DNA from: the human T2T-CHM13v2.0 reference genome, Homo sapiens
Length of the DNA stretch: 64,000 bases
NCBI RefSeq assembly: GCF_009914755.1
Contig: NC_060935.1
Direction: 5' to 3' (one strand)
A model generated the notes under the pieces. It was not told the origin of the DNA. It made no database searches and was given only the letters and a program-made list of their open reading frames with translations. The position numbers and the translations under genes were made by a program. Shown in pieces: positions 40,961 through 53,191 of the stretch (positions are counted from its first letter, which is position 1; each line of letters begins with the position of its first letter).

Positions 40961-41801
40961 AGTAGGTAAGGAAAGAAAGTTAATAAAAGGATCATAGATT
41001 AGTCTTTCAAGATATTTTATAGTGTATTTCTGAAGAATTGTAGATAATTGTTCATCTCACTTATTATGACATTCCAAAGTCTTCTTTTTAATATTCCTGA
41101 AAATAATTTAGTTAGCTTTTCTTTTGGTTTCTGTGCTTTTGCTTTTATATCAAAGACCACTGACAAATCCAAGGTCATGAATATTTACTCTTATGTTTTC
41201 TTCCAAGAGTGTAGTAATTGTAGTTGTTATATTTAGGTCTAGAATCCATTTTGAGTTAATTTTTGTATATGATATAAGGTAGGGATCCTATACTATGTTT
41301 TTCCATGTTGATACTGATTTTCTCCAGAACCATTAGTTGAAAACACTATTCTTTCCCCTACTGAGTAGCCCTGGCATGCATGTCAATTATCAATTGACCA
41401 TAAACATAATGGCTTACTTCTGGACTCAATTATATTCCATTGATCTGTATGTTTATATGTATTCCAGTACCACTACCACAATATCTTGATTTGTATACTG
41501 TAGTTTTGTAGTAAATTTCAAAACAGAGATAAGAGTCCTATGGCTTTGTTCTTGTTATTCAAGTTGTCATTAGTCTGCATTTTCATAGTTATTTAAGATT
41601 TAATTTGTCAATTTTAATTTAAAAGTGTGTTTTAGGGATCACATTGAATCTGTGGATTAATCTGAGAAGTGTTTCCATATTAACAATATTGAGTGTTCTC
41701 TTAAGTAATTTATGACTATAAAATACCTTACCATTTATTTAGGTCTTCTTTAATTGCTGTCAACTGTTTTCTTGTTTCTGGGCACAAATCTTGCACTTTT
41801 T

Positions 41802-42150
41802 GGAGTCTCAGTCTAGGTCACTATAACAGAGTATCATCGACTTAAACAATGGTAATGTATTTCTTACATTTCTAGAGACTGGGAAGTCTGAGATCACAAT
41901 ATCATCATAGTTGATTCTAGTGAGGCCCCTCTTTCTGGTTTGTAGAAGTCCATTTCTCATCGTAACCTCACACAGTGAAGAACAGAGTGAGAGATCCTGT
42001 GTCTTCTCTTTTTATAAAGGCATTAATCCCATTTATGAGAGCTCGGTTCTCATAACTTAATTACCTCCCAAAGGCCTTACCTCTTAAATCATCTTATTGG
42101 GAATTTAGGGCTCAAAATATGAATTTTGGGGGATACATATATTATTGTAA
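41802..42150 (-). mobile_element. MLT1A-like MaLR solo LTR
   Basis: ctgggaagtctgagatca...ataaaggcattaatcccatttatgag...ttacctcccaaaggcc...atatgaattttggggg. Confidence 0.85.
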
Positions 42151-42268
42151 TGTCATTGTTTTATTAATTTCACTTATGTGTCATTTATTAGTGGTATGTA
42201 GACAAAGAGTGGATTTCTGTATATTAATCTTGAATTCTACAACTTCACTGAATTCATTTATTTTCTAG

Positions 42269-42270
<2 letters not shown>

Positions 42271-42308
<38 letters not shown>
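42271..42308. repeat. (GT)19 microsatellite
   Basis: Direct count. Confidence 0.97.
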
Positions 42309-42309
<1 letters not shown>

Positions 42310-44629
42310 CCTTAGGATTTTCTATATACAAGACAGCATTTTCAAATAGAGATAAATTCATGTTCTTTATCATCATAAGTACCTTTTATTTTTTTTTCTT
42401 GCTTAATTACACTTTCTAGGTCCTGTAGTATGTTAAACAGAAGTAAATAAAAACAGAAATCCTTGGGTTTTTCCTAATCTCAGAGGGAAAGCTTTCAGTG
42501 TTTCACCATCAAATGCAATGCTAGCTGCTAAATTTTGTAAATATGCTTTGTCAGTTGGAAGAAGTTCATTTCTATTGCTTGTTAAGTGTTGTTTTTTTTT
42601 ACGTCATGAGAGGGGTATGAAATTTTATCAAATGTTTTTTCTCTTCCAATCAACATGACAATGCAATTTCGTTCTTTTTTCTTTTTAATATTATGTATCA
42701 TGTATTGAATTGACTTTTGTATGTTAAACTTTGCATTTCTGGGATAAATCCTACTTAGTCATGATGTGTAATGCTTTTTTATGTTGCTAAACTTTCATAT
42801 TTATATTCAAAATGAATATTGGTCTTTAGTTTTCATTTCTTATATATATTTTCCTGGTAATGCCATCAGAGCCTCAAACAATGAATTGGGAAGTGCTCTC
42901 TTCTCTACTATTTTTTGGAAGAATCTGTGAAGGATTGGTATCAATCTTTATCATCCTCTTTCTTCTATCTCATTTGTGTCTCTGAATCTAAAGTATATCT
43001 CTGTCTTTTTTACAGTGCATGCAGTTGGACCATGTTTTTTTTTTAAATTCTATTCTGACAGTTTCTGGTTTGGATTGAATTATTTCATCAATATGTGATT
43101 ATTCAGTAATTGTTGTAATTACTGAATCAGTAGGATTTATATCTGACATTTTTGTACCTGTTTTACATATATCCTATTTATTTTGTGTTCCCATTTCTCC
43201 ATTACTGCCTCCTTTTGCATTAAAATGAGATTCTCTAGCATAGCATTTTAATTTTTTTTTATTACTATATTTATGAGTTATTTTGCCGCTGGCTGCCTGT
43301 GGGACTACAATAAACATTTTAACATAAAGCACCTTGTCTACTTAATTTTTGTAATATGCAAAAGAATAATCCATCCAATGTAGATGTTTCTAGAGCCTCT
43401 TTTGTGCTATTATTGTCACATAAGATTTTGAAACTCTCCTTTGCTGGTTCTCTGTTCTGGGATTTCCCCTTTAATTTTTAGCTGGTCAGATAGCCCTGAA
43501 CTCTGTTCATTTACTCCTCAAACAGGTAAGGATGAGGCTTTCTTTCTGAGCTCTATTTGAAATGCCACCACAAGAACTGGAGAGTGCTCTAAGGGATGTT
43601 GTGTAAATGTGTATCTTGGTACTCAGTCATAGTTGCTTCCTTCTTTCAAAGGTCATTATTATTCTTTAATAATTTTTGTTTGTTTGTCTTACCTTCTCAA
43701 GAGGGAGTCATTGTCTTTGGCAGAAGTGTTATTTCCATTATTATTATTTTTTATAGCCAGAATCCTATAGAGAAGCTTTAAAATCATTTAATATATACTC
43801 AGACTTACTCCATGCTCACCAAGCAACAATGAGAATGTCACTGCCATTAACATTTTAACATAAAACACTCTATTTAATTTCAATAACATGGAAAAAAATA
43901 TGCTACATTATGTCTCTTTTCCTAACCCCTTCCCCTCCTTTGTGCTATTATTGTCATACAAGATTTTGAAGCTCTCTCTTTTTGGGAAGGAGATACTTAG
44001 ATAACAGAGAAAATATTGCTAATTAGGCTTGAAGATAACTAATTAATGTCAGCCTGCCAAGTTTATCTATCATGACAAAGTAATAAGTGGTACTGTAATT
44101 TTAGATAAAATTCTCAGGTACATTGATCTAAGCATGGTTCAACATTTTCTAGTTTGATCAACTGTGAGACACTAGCTGAAGTTTGCAAGTTTGTTCACCA
44201 TTATTTAGACTTTGATGAATTATCTGAAGTAATGTCATATTACAGTAATTTCTGAGAAACTCATGGTGACCTTCTGTGGTGACAGCCTATGATTAACATA
44301 TAGTCTGTTTTGAATTTAAAATTCCTACCAGGCAATCTTCTGTACCTTCACACAAACTCTCAAGCTTGTGCTTGTTATTATGAATTCAGTCTTGATATAC
44401 TTAAGCCCGTACCAAATCCAGATCAGCGGAGAATAATTGGTAGCCATAGAAATGGCCCTTAGTTTTCTATTGTTACTTTATGAGAGACTTTTCTGGTATT
44501 GTTGGAAGTAATCTTTCTACTCTCACACAATTAGTTTCTGGCCTCACTTTTCATTCCATTTAGAAACTAGTGGCTTGTAGGAGTAAGGTGCCCATGATGC
44601 CTACTCCCCAAAATGTAGCTTGGGTCAAT

Positions 44630-44770
44630 GAACTAAACACTGGATGCAAATCAAGGAACACAGAGTTCAAGTCTTGGTTCAGTCTACTTAATAATACATG
44701 ACTCCTTGGTCTCTTGTTTCTTCTGTAAAATATAAGAAGGTTGAATTTGATTCTATTGACTTTTCTGTCC
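44630..44770 (+). mobile_element. MIR fragment
   Basis: cactggatgcaaatcaagg...gagttcaagtcttggttc...gtttcttctgtaaaata. Confidence 0.55.
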
Positions 44771-45060
44771 ATTTTAATACTCAGTATTTTCCTCAGTACT
44801 CATTACCAATCCAATCAAATAATTTGCAAGTTTGCCTAAGTTTTCTGATGTTTCCTTGAATGGAATTCCTTTCTTCACTGTTATATGAATAGATATATAC
44901 CTTCAGTAAAATGCAAGGCTTTGACTTTTTCTGCAAATTGCAAGATAAAAATAAATATGAGGAATAGCATTGTGAGATGCTGGGACACACTTTTACTTTT
45001 TCATGCTTAGAAAGAGTCATTATCATACAGAATTATTATAGTTGTAATATTATTTATATG

Positions 45061-45425
45061 GGCCAGCCACAGTGACTCATGCCTGTAATGCCAGCACTTT
45101 GAGAGGTTGAGGTGGGTGGATCTCTTTAGTCTAGAGTTCGAGATCAGCCTGGGCAACATGGAGAAACAAAAAATACAAAAACTAGCTGGACAAGGTGGCA
45201 CACAACTGTAGTTCCAGCTACTGGATGGGGTGGCTGAGGCAGGAGGATTGCTTGAGCCTGTGAGGCAGAGGTTGCAGTGAGCCAAGATCGCACCCTTGCA
45301 CTCTAGCCTGGGTGACAGTGAGGTCTTGTTTCATATAAAATAAAATTTTACATATATATATATATATGCATAAGATGTGTGTGTGTGTGTATATATAGTG
45401 TGTGTATATATATGACATATATGTC
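45061..45425 (+). mobile_element. AluJ-like with a short internal deletion; tail region followed by TA/TG microsatellite
   Basis: gcaggaggattgcttgagcct and agcctgggcaacatgg diagnostics. Confidence 0.9.
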
Positions 45426-48400
45426 ACACTCCTTTGTTTAAATCAAATTACATCTCCTCCAAACTTGATTCACTCCTCCACAACCACATCAGAGTATCTC
45501 AGATTTTTGTGTTCTAAAAATCTAGAGGAAGAGCCAGATCCCAGTCTAAATGTTTCTCGTGACAATCTTCTGTTTTATGGGCAGCTTCAGAGCTTCCCTT
45601 CTAGGACTCTGTTTATCTGAGCCTGATTTAGCTCTCCATGAAAATTTCCCCACCAAGAGATCTCATCATAAAATACTGCTGACCAGCATTTCTTCCCTAA
45701 ACTTCTCTCTAGCGTCAGGGTACGTTAAACTCACCCTCAGCTCCAGCAACGTTTACTTTACTTACTCAAAGTATCTCCCGCTATTTCTTCCTTCTACCAC
45801 ATACTTAAAGCGAGAATTTAAAATAATTCTCCTCAATGGAATTTTGGGAAAAGTAAATGCTGACCTCTAACTCTTGTGACAGGGTACTTTTCCCTAAATA
45901 ATTTATCATGTTACACTTGAAAATAATTATATTCTTCTTTTTAAAATTTGGACAGGGCGGGAGTAGAAATTTAATTTTAAGCTCTCTCATCTACATTTGA
46001 AGGGCATATACCGTATACTCTAAATCAACTCTTATGAATAAATCTCTACTGTCTCAGCAGTTTGCCTCTCTACCATATACTGTGCTAATTAACCTGCCAT
46101 ATTATATGTGATGTTGCATTATTTGCCCAATTGGCAGAACTTCTTTTTGCCTGGAGATTGATTATTCATAATACTCTAGAATCTAGCCTACCTCTTGGCC
46201 CAGTGGAATTATTCATTAATATTTGTTGAAGAACTTTTTCACTACCAATGCAGTCATTCAGTTCATTAATTAATGGAAGAGGATTATGGAGGAAGTAGCA
46301 GCAGGAGAGCTTTTTAAGAAGACTAATCTGCTTCTCTTTCCAGTGATTTTCAGGCCTTCATCTTAATCTCCACTTCATAACCCAATATCTCAGAATTTTC
46401 TTCTCCAAACTACGGGATGCAAGAGGGGAGAAGACAGCAGCTCCTCATTTCCTCAGCAATAGGAGAAGAGAGCTCTAAGGGTATAAAAAGAAGAAAATTC
46501 TTCACTGAAAATATGATAAGATTAGTACACAACATTATTTCACAGGGTACCCATGAGTTGTCTTGAGACTAACCAGGATTTTCTATAATACATTTTATTT
46601 ATTTTTAATAAATGTTACATTCCCCTGCAGAACAGAATGCAATTATATTTTAGTGTTTACTATTTTTTTTGTATCAGTGCAACCATGGCTCTGGGACATT
46701 TTAGATTAGAAGTAGAAATGATAATTAACATTTTCTAAATTATGGTTATCCTCAACATGGCATGATTGTCAAACATTGTGATAGAGGGTAGTATGTAATG
46801 TGCAGATGGATAGAAACTAGTCAAAATTAATAATCTCTGCAAGATGACAGTTTAATGTAATACTCTGTAATAGCAAAGTTCAATACATACATAAAGGATA
46901 GTTAGGCATATACAAGAAGTATCAAGACATTTGATTTAAGAAGTATCAAAAGTCTAGACATTTGTAGTTGTAAGGCAGGTGAACTGCAGAGATAGACCAG
47001 CAGATTTTCCTTTTAAAATGTTAGCCAACTTTTGTGCTTTCATTTTAAATCTAGATTTCATAGAGGTTTATACCAGATGTTAAGCATGACGAAAACTCAC
47101 TACCCTCCTGCTTGTTATTATAAATGGAATAATGCACTAAGGTATTTTGTAGATATAATTATTCTTATAAGGCTGTAATAATATCGGTCCAAATTATGTG
47201 CAGTACATAAAAATGACTGCTGTTTAACTTGCATTAATTATTTGCATTCACTTCAATTTGTCACATATAAATTTATCACATGGAGATAAATAAGAAATCA
47301 ATACATAATGACCTAGAGTAGTTACTTTTCAATCTCACTTTTTCATAATAGGTAAGTTCATGTGGAATGTCTACCTAGAAAAACCAAGAACAGGCTTGGG
47401 ATAGCTGTCTTCTTCTCTATTTCATCATCTTCTCTATTTCAATCGTTTGTCCCTTTAACCTTGGGTTGGCATGCCGCTGCTATTTTTCATTTTGTGTCAA
47501 ACTCTTCTGTTCCTGGGAGGTGAATCACTTTGGGTAACTGAACTCTTAAAGAACTGAACTGCTCCTGTCTTCATCAGTTTATCAGATACTGGTGCTGACA
47601 ATTAGCAGTAACAAATACAATTATATGCTCATTTAACAAATTGTTAATCCTTCGTATTTAAAATTAGATTTTCAAGCTTCTTTTTCTTTTTTTTTTCTGC
47701 TTCTGTTCTTTCGAACAATCATCTGTGTGTAAGACTCAATGTATATGATTTGTGTGTGTGTATGTTTGCATGTGTGTGTGCGTCTGTGTAAATCAGAGCA
47801 CAAGGTGGAAATGCATTATTTACTTAGATTTATTCCTTGGAATGATCCTAGCACGTCTCTTAAATGTGTAGGAAAAGTCACTACAGGTAAACTTTAATGT
47901 GATAAACCATGGGCACTCATCAATAATGTATTCTTTCCTTTACTTTTTAAGGACTCGGCTATTTCCTTCCCACTGTACAAGCTCAAAATTTGTTTGTTGA
48001 GTTGAAAACATACCCTGGAAACAGAATAGCACAATTTTTAGAAGCATCTAAGTACATTTTATTTTATCTAACTTTATTAACAGATGTTTTGATAGGTTAA
48101 TTAACTAGTTGCTTCTGAAAACTAGCAGCTTAAAAGTTGAGAAATCAGATTGTTTATTTGGGCTGATAACTAACAGATTTTCTGGAAACTACTCTCAGGC
48201 AGCTTCTGAGAGCCTTTCTTCAAAGCCTTGATAGAAGGCAGCTGGCCTTTGAAAATGCACTATCTGAAGTATGCTGAAAACTCACAGGCACCTGTAGGCA
48301 CAGATGATCCTTCTGTAATGTGAATTACTGGGGACAGACATTGTTGCATTTTTTAGTTCTGAGATTTACAAAAAAGGAAGGTCCCTTTGACCAGGAGCAC

Positions 48401-49473
48401 ACAAGGTCAGTATCTCCTTCAAGTCCCATATTTTAGGGACTATGCCACTGGTGTGAAAGTATTTAGGTGGGGAAAGTGCTTCTAAAAAGAGGAAGAGGTT
48501 TTGATAGCCTAACAGCCTTAGCTTTTGCTCTGTATATGTTTTTGTGTGATAGATTCTCACTAAAAAAATTACCATATTACTTAAAATTGCTGTATTTTAT
48601 TCAGAGTTCACATATCTGTGATTTTTTATCTAACAGAACTCAGAGCTAGATGCTTGGGGAAATGTCTTCAGCAAATTCATACGAATAAGAAAAACTGGGT
48701 TTTGACATATTTACTGACAGAATATAAAAAAGGACCTGAAGGAGGCAACAATTTTGACAGATTTTGATGGGGGGTTGAGGGGGTCAAAATTTTGAAAGTT
48801 TTGTGAAAGTCAAATTTTTCCCTCCTCATCATTACCGTAGCCACTGAGCTAGTATTAAATAACAGTGGGGTGTAATCCATGATACTGGTATATTTCAGGG
48901 CAATAGTAGAATGTATTTAAAAAACAAGGTTCCCATGCTGAGAGTATATAAAAAGCACAGACAAACAAAGTTTCAAACATGCATCGTAATGTAAAACTGT
49001 TTTCATGAATATTTGATGTATTTATTTTTAAAGAAAATAATGGCACTTGATTGTTGAAAATATTAAAGCAATAAAATTTCAAGACATATACTTCCCACCT
49101 CCCAGTCAGCTAAATAAATAAATGTTCATTTGTACATGTAATATTCCAGGTTTTGTTCTTAACCATATTAATATATTTCAGACAATATGATAGATTGGAT
49201 CTTGTATTGCATTTTCACTGGATAAAATATTATTTGCTACAATGTTGTCACCTTTTTTGGTCTGCTACATTTTATCTTTTTCACTCCCAATCTCAGCTTT
49301 TAAATTAATAGGTATTAAGAGTCAAGTATAATGTCACCCTCTACAACTTATGTCATAAATATACAATTCTAATCATGTGTATGCACAGATATATTTGTAT
49401 CAAGTTACTTATAAAGTCTATTTTACTATTTAGGTTCCCAGCAACTCCCTTTTCATGTTTCACTATAAACTAT

Positions 49474-49893
49474 TGACAGAGACAGGAGACAACCAAATGC
49501 TGCCCAGGTGATTGTGCACAGGAGGCTTGCCTAAACATGCCCATGGTGAAAAATTCTGTAGTTTAACACATGAGATTAAGGGAAATAAAGCAATGTGGAG
49601 TGGCTCAAACTAAGGACCCGCCTGCTCACTGGGATAATGGGGTGGAACCACCGGAAATTTGTGCCTTTTGCAGCGGGGAGGAGCCTGGCCTCTTCAGCTC
49701 ATGTGTGGCAGCCTGGTATTCAATCTTGAAGTGGGAGCCTGTTGGCAGGACCCCCTCTTTTTTTGCCGAGAGCTTTCTTTTAATAAATTCCACTTTCCTC
49801 ACCTTTCAACATGTCCACATGATTACTTTTTCCTGTTCATGAGACAAGAACCCATATTTTAGCTGAGCTAAGGAGCAAAAACATCCTGCATCA
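49474..49893 (+). mobile_element. MER61-like ERV1 solo LTR
   Basis: TG...CA termini; gcttgcctaaacatgcccatggtgaaaaattc; gagagctttcttttaataaattcc poly-A region; ctgagctaaggagcaaaa end. No clean TSD. Confidence 0.85.
49523..49542. promoter_or_regulatory. Consensus p53 response element, zero spacer
   Basis: AGGCTTGCCT AAACATGCCC matches RRRCWWGYYY x2 at all 20 positions. Function not shown by sequence alone. Confidence 0.75.
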
Positions 49894-50879
49894 TAATGAA
49901 TATCCTTCTGGAGCAAAAGACAAAAGGAAATTCTCTTTATTAGATGTATCCTATTCCACGGTATATGTGTAATAAAATTTATTGAGATGGTTATTAAAGT
50001 CAATTATTATTATTCTTTCATTGCCACTGCAAAACTAATACATATTGCCTTACATACTGATGCTTTTAATTCTATAGGATAGATTTTTGAAGGGTAGGAT
50101 TGCTATAAGTACATAATAATACATTTTCATACCACATTCCCCAAACTATATACAGTCATCAATCTCCTAGAAGAATATATTAATTCTGACTCACTCACAT
50201 TCTTGCCAGACTTTGATGTGGTTATGTATAAATTTCATTCTCAAATGTGAAAATACATCTTCTTATTCATCCTTATTCAGTGTCAATATATGTCCAGTTA
50301 AGAAAAATCATTAGTAAGCATAAAAATATTGTTTGGTATTAGTTACATTAAACTATATAAGCTTGATTTAAAAATTTATTTGCTTCCTGTAGAAAACTTT
50401 ACAGTATCTTTTGAAAAAGAAATGTACAAATGTACAAAAAGAAATATACAAAGGTAAAGCTAAGGATAAACAGTTTTACTATGAAATACTGAGGCTGATT
50501 CATAAAATATATCATTTATGCTTATTGCAATAATGCCCATTTTTTCCTTGAAAACTGTTCTAAGAAATTATTAGTACCAGAAATATTTTCAGATTAATAC
50601 TTCTGTTAATTTGATCATTTCAAGCTTTTCATTAGTCCTCATATAAACATCTTCACATCACTTTAATTATTCTAAAAATTACTTATAAATGCTTTTACTA
50701 CATTATTCTTATAGCAAGAGACTCCTAAATGGAGTGATTAAACTCTATGTGGAGGATCATACCAAAAAGAGTTTCTCTAGTGTTTAGACTGCATTTTCCA
50801 TTCCTCACCATGCTAGTCTCATTATAAATGCACATAATTCATCAACTTTATTAATAGCAACATTTAGACTTAATATGAT

Positions 50880-51263
50880 TTGGTGCAGACAATGCTTGGT
50901 GTTCACACAACATCTTTTGGGGCATAGAGAATACATTCCCAGTCCTCTCTTGCAATAATATCTGGAGCAAGTGAAGTAATAGTGTGTTGACGACTGGAAG
51001 GTGGACAGAAGCTGTGAAACTAAGGCAAGCAACTTCTAGGCTTGGCTACTTAAACACTTCACAACAATCCAACTTCCTTTCTCTTCTGTGGCTACCTTGA
51101 AGCCCTGTATTCCAGATGGCATAGGTATAAGAAGGAAGGGCACTCTGAGGTATGTGGGGGTCAGGTGTATGTGAGAGATACATTTTTAGTGTGTTAATCT
51201 TTTAAGAATTGGGGTTTTATACATTATTTTAGTACAGTCTATCTATCTATTTTGACTAAGACA
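50880..51263 (+). mobile_element. Old MLT1 (I/J-like) MaLR LTR
   Basis: tacattcccagtcctctcttgca...caacttctaggcttggc...ctaccttgaagcc...ttttgactaagaca. Confidence 0.65.
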
Positions 51264-51699
51264 TATGGTTTGGAATATCTTTGACGGTCTGACTTATTTT
51301 TGTCTCAAAACTCATGTCTTTAACTTCTCAGGCTACATCACCAGGACTTGAAGGACAGCAGCACATCTTTGGTGAGTACCTACTGTGAGGTAATCACTAC
51401 CTCACACTTTGCTTCTCATGATAAGTTGCTGTCATGTATTACTACTTATAATGTTTTAAATATCCATTTTTGTTTTATTTTTTTCTACACTGGTCTCTAT
51501 CTAGAACATTCATATTGTCTTTCACTTCTTCTATACCTTTTATTCTTTTGCTGCTATTACTTTTATTTATCATATACTGGGATGGGGTTGGGATAAAATA
51601 ATAACCAAACCTAATAAAACAATAATAACCAAACATAATAAAAATAAAATAAAACTGTTTTCCTGAGAATCTTACTGTAACACTATAGAATAAGTTCAG

Positions 51700-51865
51700 T
51701 ACCTGTTTGGGGGCATTATGAAAAGCTCCATAGTAGTACTCTTTACATCTCATTTAATTATCTGGGTTTCCATGAGGGCAGTGACCAGGTCAATCTTGTA
51801 TATGCCTGTGGAAAATACTTGGCAAAAAATAGACTTTCCATAAAAATGAGTTGATTCATAAATTA
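51700..51865 (+). mobile_element. L2 3' end
   Basis: ttccatgagggcagtgaccaggtcaatcttg...ttggcaaaaaatag...ataaaaatgagttga. Confidence 0.55.
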
Positions 51866-52099
51866 GTTTTTATTTGCAAAGATATGAAACCTCAGCATGT
51901 AGTTGTTTTTGAATAGTTTGCTTCTGTAAAATGATTCCATTGATATATCACTTCACAGAGAACAGTAGTAAGAAATAAACTGATGAACTGGAAACTATTT
52001 CTTTCTTTATAAACTGTCAGAGTTATGCTTTTATATTTCTCTTTAATACCTAAAATTATGTTTACAGTGGTAGATTAATGTTTACTAACTGTAATAATT

Positions 52100-53191
52100 T
52101 TTCAAGAAATATTTTATTCAAAAATCTGAAAATTCATTTTATACTCATAAATTCTGTCTCCACAATTTAAAATAACTAATTGGAAAGTACTGAGTGAATA
52201 ATTAATTTAACTTTTCTATACAGTGTCAAAAAAGTTCTGATCTTCTTCATAATGCATGCTCTACATAAACCGCATGTGTATTAAAATTTGGTAAAAATTT
52301 GTTTTTCTGAAAAAAAATTTGTCAAGGATATCTATAAAATGTTGTTTGATTAAAGGGAAAACCTCTAAATTCTTATAATCAGCACCCCTGTAGAAAATAA
52401 GGACAAAGGAAAACACACACAATACACACAACACATGGCCACACAAATACTGTCATCTACCACTTAATGGTTTATAATATCCTTCAGCAGGATTCCAGAG
52501 GCTAGAGGACTAGCTCAGAATAATTAGGGCTTCAAAGTCCTTATCTAGGTTTTTCAGACCATTCAGAGTAGATGTCCTTGTCAGATAATTCTGTCTATGA
52601 CAAACTAGTCAGAGACGGGAAAAGGGCTGCCTTTAACAACAACAACAACGAAAAAGCCAACTATGTATAGTACAGCTAAATGCAAAAGCAAACAACGCTT
52701 TTCAAAGTGTGTATCTGTCACAAAACATCTTTTCTGAGACTTCTCCTAAATGCTAAGAACACAGTTGCCCTTTCACCTGACTGCTGTGCCCTGCCTGACA
52801 ATTTATTGGACTACTAGCTTCATAAGGATGCTAACTGGGCACTTGCTCTGTTATTTGGATTCATTAAGAGCAAGTAACACTTGAGTCTACAATTGACTTA
52901 CTTCTTAGACTTCAATAGTTTATTTTTTTCACATGAATATATTATAGTTTATTCAACATGTTTTCATTGACAGAAAATGTGAGGTAAAAGACCACTAAAG
53001 GCACTACCTTATTTACTGTATTCATCAAGTTTATCTCTAGGGCAAATTATTTTACCTCCTGAGGGCACACAACTGACAACAGGCAGCACCATGTTTATGT
53101 TCCGATTTGCTAGAAACACACTGATGTTTGAGTTGCCACAAAAGGCATTTCCACAGTCGCCGCACTAGTAGGGTTTTCATTCTGCATGAGT
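52100..53191 (-). pseudogene. Probable 3' UTR portion of the ZNF614 retrocopy; left boundary uncertain
   Basis: Contiguous with the stop codon and begins with degenerate zinc-finger-like sequence. Candidate minus-strand AATAAA at 52113-52118, but no clear poly-A or TSD. Confidence 0.5.

Larger units (their letters stand above)
41100..43445 (-). mobile_element. Old L1M (L1MC/MD-like) ORF2 fragments with internal deletions, interrupted by an MLT1 LTR and (GT)n
   Basis: ccattttgagttaatttttgtatatgatataaggtaggg; cctaatctcagagggaaagctttcagtgtttcacc; ttgcatttctgggataaatcctactt. Confidence 0.82.

Noticed and set aside
52090-52120. Poly-A tail and TSD of the retrocopy
   Set aside because: An AATAAA is present on the minus strand, but only 5 A's follow and just 7 nt (ataattt) match the other flank. 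Too weak to call.
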